Shown: positions 10,301 to 22,577, counted from the stretch's first letter. The stretch: 64,000 bases of DNA from Azolla caroliniana (GCA_043228905.1 JBHGNT010000007.1:20522001-20586000); one strand, 5' to 3'. The notes: a model not told the origin generated them from the letters alone. Program-made: numbers and translations.

Positions 10301-12794
10301 ATCAACTCTACAAGGAGCAGTCCCGACCGGCAAGAGACCGGTTAGCACTCGAGGATCCGGCCGAAGACGGTGAAGAAACAGAACCGGCCGAAGAAGATGA
10401 AAATGATACCGGAACCGGCCCCGATCCCGAAATGGTTTCGGATGAAGAAGAATCGGAAGAACCGGTTACCGAAGCTCCGGAACGGAGATATCCTCTAAGA
10501 GAGAGAAGGGCCCCCCGGAGATTTCCGGAACCAGAGCACGTGCTGCTAACCGACGAGGGGGAGCCAGAGAGCTTTGAAGAAGCAAAGCATGACACCCATA
10601 GCCGCAGGTGGTTAAGTGCCATGCAGGAGGAGATGGATTCCCTGCATGAGAACCACACATATGAACTTGTGGAGTTGCCGAAAGGAAAACGGGCACTCCG
10701 TAACAAGTGGGTGTTCAAGCTGAAACCGGGAGATGCCGGAAACCCCCCGAGATACAAAGCCAGGATCGTGGTGAAGGGGTTCCAGCAGAAGAAGGGCGTC
10801 GACTTCGACGAGATATTTGCCCCGGTAGTGAAGATGACCTCCATTCGGACGGTGCTGAGCATAGCGGCAAGCATGGACCTCGAGGTAGAACAGATGGACG
10901 TGAAGACGGCATTCCTTCATGGTGACCTTGAAGAAGAGATCTACATGCAGCAACCGGAAGGATTCGAGAAGAAAGGGAAGGAGCACCTGGTATGCCGGTT
11001 GAAGAAGAGCCTTTACGGACTGAAGCAGGCTCCCCGGCAATGGTACCGGAAGTTCGACTCTTTCATGACCAACGAAGGGTACCACAAAACGCAGTCCGAT
11101 CACTGCGTGTTTGTGAAGAAGTTCGAAGGAGGAGACTTTCTAATACTCCTCCTGTACGTGGACGACATGTTGATCGTCGGACGAGACAAGGTCAAGATAC
11201 GGATGCTGAAGAAGGCTCTTCACCGAACCTTCTCAATGAAGGACCTGGGCCCGGGGAGGCAAATACTAGGGATGCACATCATCCGGGACCGGAAGAAGAA
11301 GCAGTTGTGGCTGTCACAGGAGAAGTACGTGACAAAGGTGCTTCACCGGTTCAACATGTCGGAAGCAAGACCGGTCGGGTCAACACTCCCGGCAAACTGC
11401 AAGTTGTCCAGCAAGCAAAGCCCCAAGACAAAGGCTGAGAAGGAGGACATGATGAAAGTACCATATGCCTCTGCCGTCGGAAGCTTGATGTACGCAATGG
11501 TGTGTACAAGACCGGACATTGGATACGCAGTCGGAGTGGTGAGCCGGTACATGAGCAACCCCGGCAAAGAGCATTGGAACGCGGCCAAGTGGATACTCCG
11601 ATACCTGAAGGGCACGGCAAACGTGTGCCTCCGATTCGGCTCCGGTAAGCCCGAACTCGACGGCTTCACCGATTCGGATATGTCGGCTGATGCAGATACC
11701 AGCCGGTCCACATCAGGGTATGTGATGACGTATGCAGGGGGAGCTGTTTCATGGCAGTCGAGGCTGCAGAAGACGGTTGCACTGTCAACCACGGAGGCGG
11801 AGTACATGGCGGCTGTTGAAGCCGGCAAGGAAATGATATGGATGAAGGACTTCATTAGAGAGCTCGGTATCCGGCAGGAGGAGTACCGACTCTACTGCGA
11901 CAGTCAAAGTGCCATCCACCTTGCGAAGAATGCGGCCTATCACTCCCGGACGAAGCACATCCAGCGTAGATACCACTGGATCCGGGAAAGGATAGAAGAC
12001 AAGGAGTTCGTGCTGACGAAGATCCACACGGACGAGAACGGGTCAGATATGCTGACCAAGGTGCTCACACCCGACAAGCTGGAAGCATGCCGGAAGAGGA
12101 TCGGAGTGGAGAGACATCCCATGCCGAAGTGAAGGGGGAGTTTGTTGGGATTTCGGTCCCTCCGGATGGGATGTCCGGAGATGAATGACGGCAAGCCCGG
12201 TTGCGGTTACGGAACCGGATGATGACGAAGACCCGGCTACGGAGCCGGATGCTGAAGACCCCGGTTACGGAGCCGGATAACGAAGACCCGGCTACGGAGC
12301 CGGATGCTGAAGACCCCGGTTACGGAGCCGGATGACGCATGTACCCGGAGAGAGATCCGGATGCGGGGACATATTTGTGAATATGTTTGCCAAGGGCCCT
12401 CGAGGCTATATTTGTAAATAGCCCGAAAGTCATATGGGTATAAATATGACTTAGGGCAAATAGTTTAAATGTTGTTGCTCATTCTTATGCGAAGTGAGAG
12501 CAGCCAAGAGAGAGAGAGAGAGAGAGAGACGAAGAGGTCGTTGCCTCTGTGTAGTACCGCCGCCTGTGGCGAAGACAGTGAGCTCAAGGTTGTTGCCTTG
12601 AAGCCTCACCATTGTACATCCCTGTTCATAGTGATAGTTGGAGTTTGAGGACTCCCGTGGTTTTTCCCATTTAGGGTTTTCCACGTAAAATATCTAGTGT
12701 ACCTTTCTCTCTATTGTCCTCGTGCACTTTGTATTTCCCATTTTCTGTGAGTTGATCCTATTCCTCGGTTGTGGCCGAGCACTGTTTTTCAACA
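7376..12794 (+). mobile_element. Full-length intact Ty1/copia element 2, same family as element 1
   Basis: TSD TCCCC at 7371-7375 and 12795-12799. 652-bp LTRs at 7376-8027 (starts TA instead of TG) and 12143-12794, ~7 differences. PBS at 8031-8042; PPT at 12129-12142. Confidence 0.97.
8059..12132 (+). CDS. Intact Copia Gag-PR-IN-RT-RNase H polyprotein (1357 aa from ATG 8059)
   Basis: One uninterrupted ORF with CFHCGKPGH knuckle, DSGAS, LWHKRLCH/CxxC, HTDV..DNGGE..ERMN, LYVDDM and DSD..EAEY..CDSQ. Confidence 0.95.
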   Translation: MEGGGSGQPGMMVLNAQNYADWKIKMEDLLIVRDLYEPIDRSEIPKGVLETEWRLLNRKAVATIRQYVDVSVLQHVANDTNAYEMWRKLSGLYERKNALNRTSLMRKIVNLKYRDGESMVEHVSTFMGFVNQLAAIKFPLEDAMQAIILMCTLPESWENLVVTLSTSCTEDNLSLQTVKTSILNEEARRRDKEPASDSKALLTESDRGRQWNRSPQRREKSGTRSQSRGRPTCFHCGKPGHFRKNCRHYRKDNGADDTDSKKSPERNGAYRGATDRRGPDRRGQDRKGTTALVASEEEIMLITEERELNLAGEEMTWVVDSGASFHLTPEKKYFSSYTAGEHGCVRMGNEGTCRIAGIGDVWLMTSTGCKMLLKDVRHVPEVRLNLISAGRLDDEGYTGSIRNGVMKFSKGSLIVARARKINTLYLMNSRLCPEELNVAADTAGELWHKRLCHMSEKGMKRLAKDNLIPVKHVHLEKCTDCLAGKQNRTSFHSRPPTRRSAPLELVHTDVCQVETKSHGGAQYFVTFIDDHSRKLWTAPLKTKDQVLSVFKELHARVERESGKKLKVIRADNGGEYRGQFEEYCRSKGIRLEFTVPKTPELNGLAERMNRTIMERVRSMLAHAELPKGFWAEAMSMATYVINRSPSVPLDGDTPQRVWTGREVSYRHLKVFGCLAYVHVAKDRRGKLDPKTRPCIFLGYGNDEFGYRVWDPVDKKIFRSRDIIFMEDKTLADWESEKKMKSSKSTGEDQLYKEQSRPARDRLALEDPAEDGEETEPAEEDENDTGTGPDPEMVSDEEESEEPVTEAPERRYPLRERRAPRRFPEPEHVLLTDEGEPESFEEAKHDTHSRRWLSAMQEEMDSLHENHTYELVELPKGKRALRNKWVFKLKPGDAGNPPRYKARIVVKGFQQKKGVDFDEIFAPVVKMTSIRTVLSIAASMDLEVEQMDVKTAFLHGDLEEEIYMQQPEGFEKKGKEHLVCRLKKSLYGLKQAPRQWYRKFDSFMTNEGYHKTQSDHCVFVKKFEGGDFLILLLYVDDMLIVGRDKVKIRMLKKALHRTFSMKDLGPGRQILGMHIIRDRKKKQLWLSQEKYVTKVLHRFNMSEARPVGSTLPANCKLSSKQSPKTKAEKEDMMKVPYASAVGSLMYAMVCTRPDIGYAVGVVSRYMSNPGKEHWNAAKWILRYLKGTANVCLRFGSGKPELDGFTDSDMSADADTSRSTSGYVMTYAGGAVSWQSRLQKTVALSTTEAEYMAAVEAGKEMIWMKDFIRELGIRQEEYRLYCDSQSAIHLAKNAAYHSRTKHIQRRYHWIRERIEDKEFVLTKIHTDENGSDMLTKVLTPDKLEACRKRIGVERHPMPK

Positions 12795-14189
12795 TCCCCA
12801 ATATCAGATTGAATCTGATATCGACTGTAAGATTGGACGACGAAGGCTACAATGGTAGCTTCCGAAACCGCAAGTGGAAGTTCCAGCATGGCAGAGCATA
12901 TGAACACCTTTTAGGGGCTAATAAACAGACTACGTCGCTCGAAGTGCCTCAAACCAACGAGGTACTGGCCTTGTTATTACTTAGATCCATTCCGAGTAGC
13001 TGGGAGACGTTGGTTGTCACATTGGCAACGCCGGACCGAAACGGAAGAACTTATCCCTGGCAAGAGTAAAATTGACCTTGTTGAATGAGGAAGCTCGACG
13101 GAAGGACCGAGAGTCCGGCACTAACCAAAAGACCTTAGTCACGAAAAGTGACATGAACCAGGGAAGAGGCCAGAATAGAAGTCCCCAGAACCGGGACAAG
13201 TCAAGAACAAGGACGAAGTCGAGGGGGAAGCCTACCTATTTCTCGTGTGGGAAACCGGGACATTTCCAGAAGAACTACCAACACTTCCGGAAAGCCAAAG
13301 GGTGATCTGACGGTCCCGAACTGACGAAGATTTCAGAAAGAAGAGGAACATCGACAATCATGAAAAGTGAAGAGGAACTGTTGCTCATCACTGAGGAGAG
13401 TGAGCTACACCTTATCAGCGACGAAACGACGTGGGTGGTCGACTCCGGAGCGTTGTTCCATCTTACCCTCGACCGGAAGTGCTTATCATCACACAAAGTT
13501 GGAGATCACGGTTGTGTAAGGATGGGGAATGAAGGATCATGCCGAATAGTCAGCATAGGAGATGTGTGATTGACAACGTCAACCGGGTGTAAGTTGTTGC
13601 CGAGAGAGGTGCGACATGTTTCAAAGGTCAGATTGAATCTGATATTAGCCGGTCAGCCAAATGATGAGGGTTACATGAGTAGCATCTGGAACGACACTAT
13701 GAAGTTCTGCGAAGGAAGCTTGATCGTGTCCATCTTCAAGGAGATTCATGTGAGAGTAGAAAGAGAAACTGGCCGGTAGCTAAAAACAGTTCGAGCGTTA
13801 CACGAGTAGCATCTGGAATGACACTATGAAGTTCTGCAAAGGAAGCATGATCGTGTCCATCTTCAAGGAGCTTCATGCGAGAGTAGAAAGAGAAACTGGC
13901 CGGAAGCTAAAAATAGTTCTAGTGGACAACGAAGGCGGTTTAGGGTTTACGGAACCCGACTCAAGTACACCATGCCGAAGACTCCTGAGCTTAACGGGCC
14001 TGAATGGAGAGAGTCTAGAGTATGCTTGCACATGCCAAGTTGTCCAAGACTCTCTAGGCTGAGGCGTTAATGATGGCGACATAACTGATAAACATATCGC
14101 CCTCACCACCCTTGGACGAAGATGTACCACTAAGAGTGTGGACCTGCAAAGACGTTTCGTACCGGTACATGAAGATGTTTGTCTATCTC

Positions 14190-17100
14190 TATTGGGAGTT
14201 CGGTCCCTCCGGATGAGATCTATATGAGAACTCAACGAGCCATAGGAACCAGAAGGTATCAAGAAGCTGGATAGGATAGACCCGGAAGGTACCCGGAAAC
14301 CAGATTGGATGGATTCGAAAAGTATCCGGCCGGATCTAGTGGTGAACAAGAGAAGATACATATTTGTAAAATATGTTCCTATGTGTCGTTGAGGCCATAC
14401 TTGTAAATAGCCTGAAAAGCTATATATGAGTATAAATATAACTTAGGGCAATCATTATGTGGGTGTGTTGCTATCTTTGTTATTATTGTACAGAGAGAGA
14501 GAGAGAGAGATACAAAAAGCTACGGAAAGCTTTTGTTGTTGTAACCGCCGGTTGCCGAAGGTAGAGCTCGAGGTCGTCGCCTCTGAGTCTCACATGGTTG
14601 TACCTCTTCTCTATAGTGATCTTGTTCAGAGTCTGTGGGCTCTCGTGGTTTTTCCCAATTAGGGTTTCTTCCACGTTAACATCCTGTGTCGACCCATTTT
14701 GACTATAAGTGCATAAGTCTTTATTTCTGTTCTGATTCTTCCATTGTGATTAAGACTCAATTGTGGCCGAGCACTATTTTATCAACAAACTGGTATAAGA
14801 GCGAAGTTCTAAACTTCAAACAAAGAAAGAAGATGGAAGATTCATTTGGTAGCATGTTCAAGTTCGGGACGATAGTGAGGCTCCGATATCAAGATGGAGC
14901 CAACATGGCAGAGCATATGAGCGCCTTTCAAGGGTTGATAAACTAGACTACCTCGCTTGAAGTACCACTACCCGGCGAGGTACTAGCATTGTTATTGCTC
15001 GGGTTCCTTCTGGATAGTTGGGAGACATTGGTGGTCACTCTGGGCAATACCGCACTGGAAGGAAAGAACTTATCCCTAGTGAGAGTGAAGCTCGCCAAAA
15101 GGACCGGGAGTCCGGAACCAATCCGTAGGCCTTGGTTACAGAAGACGACCATAACCAGGGACGAGGCCAGAATCAGAGTCCTCAAAACCGGGACAAATCG
15201 GGGACGAGGTCGAAGTCAAGGGGGAGGCCCACCTGCTTTTATTGCTGAAAGTCGGGGCACTTCCAGAAGAATTGCCAACATTTCCAGAAAGCCAAAGGGG
15301 GAGCTGACATTATGGAACTGAAGAAGATTTTGGAAAGGAGAGGAACGTCAGCAATCACGACAAGTGAAGAAGAGTTGTTGTTGATCACCGAGGAGAGTGA
15401 GTTGCATCTTGTTGGTGACAAAACGACATGGGTGGTCGACTCCGGCACGTCGTTCCATTTGACCCCCAACCGGAAGTGGTTCTCATCCTATAGAGCTGGA
15501 GATCACGGTAGTTTCCGGATGGGGAATGAAGGTGCATGCCAAATTTTCGGCATAGGAGACCTGTTACTGACAACATCAACCAGGTGCAAGTTGTTGTTGA
15601 AAGATGTCTGACACATTCCGGAGGTTCAGTTGAACTTGATATTAGCCGGTGAGCTGAATGATGAAGGCTACACAAGTAGCATCCGAAACAGAGTCATGAA
15701 GTTCAGCAAAAGAAGCTTGATCATGGCCCGAGCCCGGAAGATCAACATGTTGTACCTTATGCATGCCCGGATATGCCGGGAGGAAGTGAACGTGATATCC
15801 GACACTACTCGTGATCTGTGGCACAAAAGGTTATGTCACATGAGCCAGAAAGGGATGCGAAGACTTGCCAAAGATAACCTCATTCTGGAGACAAAAGATG
15901 TGCACCTTGAAAAGTGCACCGACTGTTTGGCCATCAAGCAGAACTAAACCCCTTTCTGGTCGAGACCACTGACAAGACAGAAAGAACCACTAGAGCTTGC
16001 GCATACCGATTTATGCCACGTAAACTCGAAGTCACATGCTAGGTCGTGGTACTTCGTGAGATTCATATATGACCACAACCCGAAGATGTGGGTCTCACCG
16101 CTGAAGATGAAAGACCAGGTATTATCCGTCTTCAAGGAATTCCATGCGAGAGTGGAAAGGGAAACCAGCCGAAAGCTGAAGGCGGTTCGAGCAGACAATG
16201 CAGGCGAATATCAAGGGTAGTTTGGGGATTACTTCCAGTCGAAGGGAATTCGGCTCGAATTTACCATGCCGAATATGCCGGAACTAAACAGATTGGCCAA
16301 AAGGATCAACCGGACCATGATGGAGACAGTCCGGAGCATGTTCACACATCCCAAGAAGTCATGGGTTGAGGCAGTAATGACAGCAACATATGTGATAAAC
16401 AAATCACCGTCAACATCCTTGGAAGGAAACAAACCACAAAGAGTATGTATTGGTAAAGACGTGTCTTACTGGCATCTAAAGGTATTTGGATGTTTCCCTT
16501 ATATGCATCTAGCAAAGGACAAGAGAGAGAAATTGGACCCGAAGTCTTGATCATGCATATTCCTTGGATACGGCGATGATAAGTTCAGCTATCGAGTGTG
16601 GGACTTGGTCGACAAGAACGTTTTCAAGAGTAGAGAAGTAGTCTACATGGAAGACAAGACCATAGCCGATTGGGAATCGGAGAAGAGAATAGTATCCTCC
16701 GGATTGACCAATAGAGATTGGTTGGAAGAGGCAAGGACCCATGCGCTTGGAAGCCGGATGTCAACCGAAGACCACAGAGAACCGGCCGGATCCGAACAAA
16801 GAACCGAACCGACCTAAGAAGAACTAGACACCGGAACCAGACAAGACCCCGAATCGGATTCGGATGAAGAATGGATAGAGGAACTGGTTGTCAGAACTCA
16901 AGGACGGAGATATCCTCTCTGAGAGAGAAGAGCCCCCTGGAGATTTCCAAATGCAAAGCATGTATTTGCTGACCGACGAGGCGGAGCCGGAAAGCTTCGA
17001 AGAAGCAACGAAAGACGCCCACAACAGAAACTGGTTGAGTGCCATGCAAGACGAAATGGATTCCTTGCATGAGAACCATACATATGAGCTGATGGAGCCG

Positions 17101-19904
17101 CCGGAACAAATGGGTGTACAAGCTAAAACCGGGAGACACCGGAAATCCACCTCGGTACAAAGCCCAAATCATGGTGAAAGGGTTTCAATAGAAGAAGGAA
17201 ATGGATTTTTGCCCTGGTACTAAAAATGACATCCATTCGGACGGTGCTGAGCATAGCGGCAAGCATGGACCTCGAGGTCGAGTAGCTAGATGTCAAGACG
17301 GCGTTCTTGCACGTTGATCTCGAAGAAGAGAATTACATGCAACAGCTAGAGGGATTTTTCAAGAATGGGAAGGCGCACCTGGTGTTCTGGTTGAAGAAGA
17401 ACTTATATGGACTAAAACAAGAACCCCGACAATGGTATCGGAAGTTCGACTCCTTCATGACCGACCAAGGATACAACAAGATGCAGGTTGACCACTACGT
17501 AATTCTGAAGAAGTTCAATGGAGGAGACTTCTTGATACTCTTGTTGTACGTGGATGACATTTTAATCATCAAACCGAACTGAATCAAAATTGGGAATCTT
17601 AAGTGGGCCTTGAACCAGACCTTCTCGAAGGTGCTTCAAAGGTTTAACATGTTAGAGGCAAAGCCGGTTGGATCGACACTTTCGGAAAATTGCAAAGGCA
17701 GAGAAGTTGGAAATCACGAATATACCAGATGCCTCTGCTGTCGAAAGCCTGATGTACGCAATGGTGTGCACCCGACTGGACATTGGATACATCATCGGAG
17801 TGGTTAGCTAGTTCATGAGAAATCCGGGGAGAGAACATTGGGCTGTTGTCAAGTGGATACTCTAGTATCTTAAAGGCACCTCTATTCGAAGGCTTCATGG
17901 ATTCGGACATGTCGGCTAATGTGGATACCAAATGTGGAGCTGTATCATGGTAGTCGAGGTTGTAGAAGTCCGTTGCACTGTCGACAATGGAAGTGGTGTC
18001 ATGAAGATCCGTCACTACGTGCGGATTGTGAGGCGGAACCGTCGTGGTTCTGGACCGGAAGGACTCGATGTTTGCACTAGCTTTAGCGAGAAAGGATTTA
18101 AGATAGATTGAAAAAGAGAGAGATTGAGATAAGATAAAACAGTTGACTTTAGATTGAGAGAGAGATTAAGATTGAACTCTTGTCTTTAGATTTGAAGAAC
18201 AAGATTAATACATCAATTAGATAACGCATTTTCTTCTTAATATTAATTTTGATGTAAAGTACAAAGCTTGCCTGATTAATACCCTCCCCTGTTCTTTTAT
18301 AGATGCCCCCATGCATATGGTGCATGTGAGGGTGCAAGACATGCACGAAATGCATGAAATGCATGCTTGCCATGCCATCATCTAAGCTCTCATGTATGAG
18401 AATTACATGTAAAATTAAAGTGATAAAAAATAAATTTCTAAAGAAATGATTTGGCTTAATGATAAGCCTATAGACTCAACTTGGAGGTGCAATGTTCAAG
18501 TCTTTCATACATCCCTTTGTAAAGCACACAATACTATTAAGCTTTTGGTCTTGTAATTACACCAAATATCTTTAAGACACCATGCACCGCAATCAACCAA
18601 TCCATCCGATTTGCACATCGGTCGGTCACCGCATCCCGATCCGGTTTGGTCCGCATCCCGATCTAGTTTGGTCCACATCCCTAGCCAGTCACCGCAATCC
18701 CGATCTGGTTTGGTCCGCAATCCTGAGTCGGTTCCGTCACCGGCCGGTCGTCGCATCCCTAAACGGTTCCGTCACCGGCCGATCACCTCGCCGGTTGTCG
18801 CCGGTATGGTTTTGGTTGGCCAAAACCTTTGCAAGTAGCTAGGCCACACCCATTCATTTGATTAACTTAGTTCAAGTCACCTTGAACTCTCTATGCTCCA
18901 CACATAGACACAAAATAATAGCTTTTGGCTTTGCTTTATATATTGTAGGATCCTTGTTTGTCCTATCTATGTGGGACATCTCATAGGTTTGTTTTTCTTT
19001 TCTTTTTCCGCAACTTTATACCCACATAACTTCACACTTAGTTGACTGTTTGTTATGTAGCAAAGTGCATTCAAAGGCTCTTGAAGACCTCCATCTTCCC
19101 GTACCAAGATATTAAGCTAATTTAAAATAGAATCTTCACTATCATTGTTTTATGTCTTGTGTGAAGAACCACACTCGATTTTGGAAATTCCTCGCAATTT
19201 TCACACCATTGCCGAGAATCTTCACGACAGTGGAGTAAATGGCAGTTGTGGAAGCCGGCAAAGAGGTAATTTGGATGAAGCACTTCATCGGAGAGCTAGG
19301 GATCCGGTAGGAGGAATTCCGGCTCTATTGCGATAGTCAAATTGTCATCCACCTCGCAAAGAACGTGGCCTACCATTCCCAAACCAAGCACATCCAGAGG
19401 AGATACCACTGGCTCTGAGAGAAAGTAGAAGACAAAGAGTTTTCATTAACGAAGATCCACATGGAGGAGAACGAGTCGAACATGCTGACCAAGGTGTTGG
19501 CTACCGACAAGCTGGACGCATGCCGGAAATGGATCGGATTGACAAGACATCCCATGCCAGAGTGAAGGGGGAGTTTAAATTTGGGAATTCGGTCCCTTCG
19601 GATGGGATCCTGATGAGAATCGGACAAGCCATATCAGATGAGTCAAAGGAAGGAACCAGACCGGATGGAACCAGAAGGTATCAAGAAATTGGATAGGATA
19701 GACCCAGAAGGTATCTCGACACCGGATCGGATGGATCCAGAAAGTATCCATTTAGATCTTGTGGTGAACAAAAGAAGAGACATATTTGTAAATATGTTTC
19801 CATGTGCTATTGAGGCCATACTTGTAAATAGCTTAAAAAGTTATATGAGTATAAATATAGCTTAGGGCAATCATTATGTGGGTGTGTTGCTATCTTTGTT
19901 GTTG

Positions 19905-19948
<44 letters not shown>

Positions 19949-20208
19949 TATAGAAATCTTTAAATGTTGTTGTAACCACCAGTTGGCAAAGGTAGAGCTC
20001 GAGGTTGTTGCCTCTAAGTCTTACACGGTTGTACCTCTTCTATATAGTGATCATATTCGGAGTCTGTGGGCTCCCATGGTTTTTCCCGATTAGGGTTTTT
20101 TCCACTTTAACATCATGTCTCGACCTGTTTTGAGCATAAGTGCATAAGTCTTTATTTATGTTCTGATTTGTGTGGACTCAATTGTGCCCGAGCACTATTT
20201 TATCAATA
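14190..20208 (+). mobile_element. Older degenerate Copia element C
   Basis: TSD ATCTC/GTCTC at 14185-14189 and 20209-20213. 5' LTR 14190-14787, PBS 14791-14802, PPT ~19563-19575, 3' LTR ~19578-20208. Gag-pol fragmented with many stops and deletions. Confidence 0.88.
17997..19229 (-). mobile_element. Solo-LTR-like element, family X copy 1 (non-coding, ~12-bp terminal inverted repeats, tRNA-like cassette)
   Basis: TGTCATGAAGAT...ATCTTCACGACA ends. 4-bp TSD GTGG restores host RNase H (MEVE). Strand assigned from CTATAAAAG on the minus strand at ~18294-18302. Confidence 0.85.
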
Positions 20209-20973
20209 GTCTCTCCTATGTGCATATAGCAAAGGACAAACGAGGAAAACTAGACCCGAAAACTTGGCTATGCATATTCCTTGGATAAGGCAACAAAGAA
20301 TTCAGCTACAGACTATGGGATTTAGTCGACAAGAAGTAAACTTCTTGCACGTCCCAACAATCACCATGAATTTGGTGTTGGTTGGACAGATTGTCGACGA
20401 AGGGATGCAAGGCCTGTTCACCCATCTCGCGTGTTTCATCGAAGAAGAAGGGAAAATCATCGCACAAGGTCGACAAGAAGGGAGGATGTTCATCCTCGAC
20501 ATAAACGACGCCAACACCGCGATGTTTACCAAAGGACAAAAAGTCGAATCAGATATCGACTTGTGGCATAAGCGGATTGGCCACATCAATTTTCAAAGGC
20601 TTCAGGAGTTGCAAGCAAAACAAGTGGCGTTCAGCTTACTGAAGTTCACTAGCCGGAATGCCCAAGTTTGTGAAGCCCACCATAGAACGTGAGTCTAGGC
20701 GGGAGTCGATATTTCATCTCCTTCATCGACGTCTATAGCTAGCACACTTGGATCTATCTCATAGAGAAGAAGAGTGATACCTTTGACTATTTCCGGAACC
20801 TAAAAAGCTTAGTGGAAAGGGAAACAGAGAGAAAGATCAAGTGTCTATAGTCAGATGGCGGAAAGGAATATTTTTCCGGCCAGTTCAACTGTTATCTACA
20901 ACACATGGGAATTCAACGTGAATTTGGCTATAGATATATGCCGGAGCAGAACGGTGTAACCGAAAGGAACCAG

Positions 20974-22577
20974 TGTCGTGAAAATCCGTCACTAGGTGTG
21001 GATTGTGAGGCGGAACCGCCAGGGTTCTGGACCAGAAGGACTCGAAGTTTGCACAAGCTTTAGCGAGAAAGGAATTAAGATAGATTGAAAGAGAGAGAGA
21101 TTGAGATAAGATAGAATGCTTGATTTTAGATTGAGAGAGAGATTAAGAACTCTTGACTTTAGATTTCAAGAACAAGGTATATCCTCAAAAGGATAACGAA
21201 TTTTCTTCTTAATATTAATTTTGATTTAAAGTACAAAGCTTTCTTTTATCAAAGAATCCCCCTTTGATCTTTTTCATCCCCTCTTTTATAGATGCCCTCA
21301 TGCATTTGAGGGTTCAAGACATGCATAAAATGCATGTTTGCCATTTGGCGCTCATGTATTACATGTGGTGCATGATAACCACGTCATTCATTTGAGCTCT
21401 CATTTATGAGAATTTACATGTAAAGTTACAATGATAAAAATATTATTTCAAGAAAATGTCTTGGCTTAGTGGTAAGCCTATAGACTCTCAACTTGGAGGT
21501 GCAAGGTTCAAATCCACACTTGCACTCCTTGTGTGTGTAGACTCTCAACTTGGAGGTGCAAGGTTCAAATCCACACTTGCACTCCTTGTGTGTATATATA
21601 TATATATATTTATTTATTTATTTATATATCTATTTGGTCGCCAGATGCTGGATGTTGCCGGTTGCCGGTTACCGTTCGATCACCGGATACCGGTTTCGTC
21701 GCCGAATGCCGGTTACCGTTCAGTCACCGGGTCCCAGTTCCGTTGCCGGATGCCAGTTACGTCGCTTGTTGCCGGTCGCCGAATCCCGGTTCCGTCGCCG
21801 GATGTCGGATGTTGGTTACCGTTCAGTCACCGGGTCCTGGTTACGTTGCCGATCCGGTTTTGGTTGGTGCAAGGTTCAAATCCACACTTGCACTCCTTGT
21901 GTGTGTATATATATATATATATTTATTTATTTATTTATATATCTATCTGGTCGCCAGATGCTGGATGTTGCTGGTTGCCGGTTATCGTTCGATCACCGGA
22001 TACCGATTTCGTCGCCGAATGCCGGTTACCGTTCAGTCACCGGGTCCCAGTTCCGTTTCCGGATGCCAATTACGGCGCTTGTTGCCGGTCGCCGGATCCC
22101 GGTTCCGTCGCCGGATGCCGGATGTTGGTTACCGTTCGGTCACCGGGTCCTGGTTACGTTGTCGATCCGGTTTTGGTTGGGCAAAACCTTTGCAAGTAGC
22201 CATGCCACACCCATTCATCCTATAGCTTAGTTCAAGTCACCTTGAACTCTCTATGCTCCACACATAAACACAAAGATAATAGCTTTTGCTCTACCTTATA
22301 TATAGTGAGATCCTTATTTCCTGTCTATGTGGGATATCTCACAGTTTTATTTTTCTTTTCTTCTTCTCATACTTCACTCCCACATAACTTGTCACTTTGA
22401 TGTCTGTTTTTTATGTGCTAAAGCACATTTGAAAGCTCTTGAAGACCTCCATCTTTTTGTACTAAGATATTAAACATATTTAAATTAGTATCTTCCCTAT
22501 TATTGTTTTATATGAATCACACTCGATTTCGTACGTTTTATTTTATTTTCACACCATTGCCGAAAATCTTCACGACA
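20974..22577 (-). mobile_element. Family X copy 2 with internal duplications
   Basis: TGTCGTGAAAAT...ATCTTCACGACA ends; TSD CCAG/CCGG; host integrase reads ER-N-RSIMEAA across the site. Homologous to 17997-19229. Confidence 0.87.

Larger units (their letters stand above)
793..12885 (+). pseudogene. Host Copia A gag-protease pseudogene in three pieces (793-1634, 7132-7375, 12800-~12885), interrupted by two insertions
   Basis: MEGG...SQNY, LLNRKAVATIRQ and a CxxCxxxGH knuckle, with many stops. The reading frame resumes across the TSDs (SVEE-ILFICEQ; HVP-NIRLNLIS..RLDDEGY). Confidence 0.85.
12886..20335 (+). pseudogene. Degenerate Copia B (gag-PR-IN remnants 12886-14189 and 20214-~20335), fused to A and hosting element C
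   Basis: AEHM..GLIN..TSLEVP gag type, WVVDSGA, an internal deletion (KGSLIV joined to SIFKE) and a ~127-bp tandem duplication (13677-13930). Confidence 0.75.

Noticed and set aside
2272-12194. Many antisense and alternate-frame ORFs repeated between elements
   Set aside because: These are shadows of GC-rich gag-pol coding; recurrence reflects element homology.
21455-21530. Functional tRNA genes at the A/B-box cassettes (also 32795-32860, 44065-44130)
   Set aside because: Acceptor, anticodon and T stems do not form properly; only the promoter boxes and a D-stem remain.
21456-22230. Three overlapping 226-247 aa ORFs
   Set aside because: They arise from stop-poor tandem repeats and microsatellites; no protein-like features.
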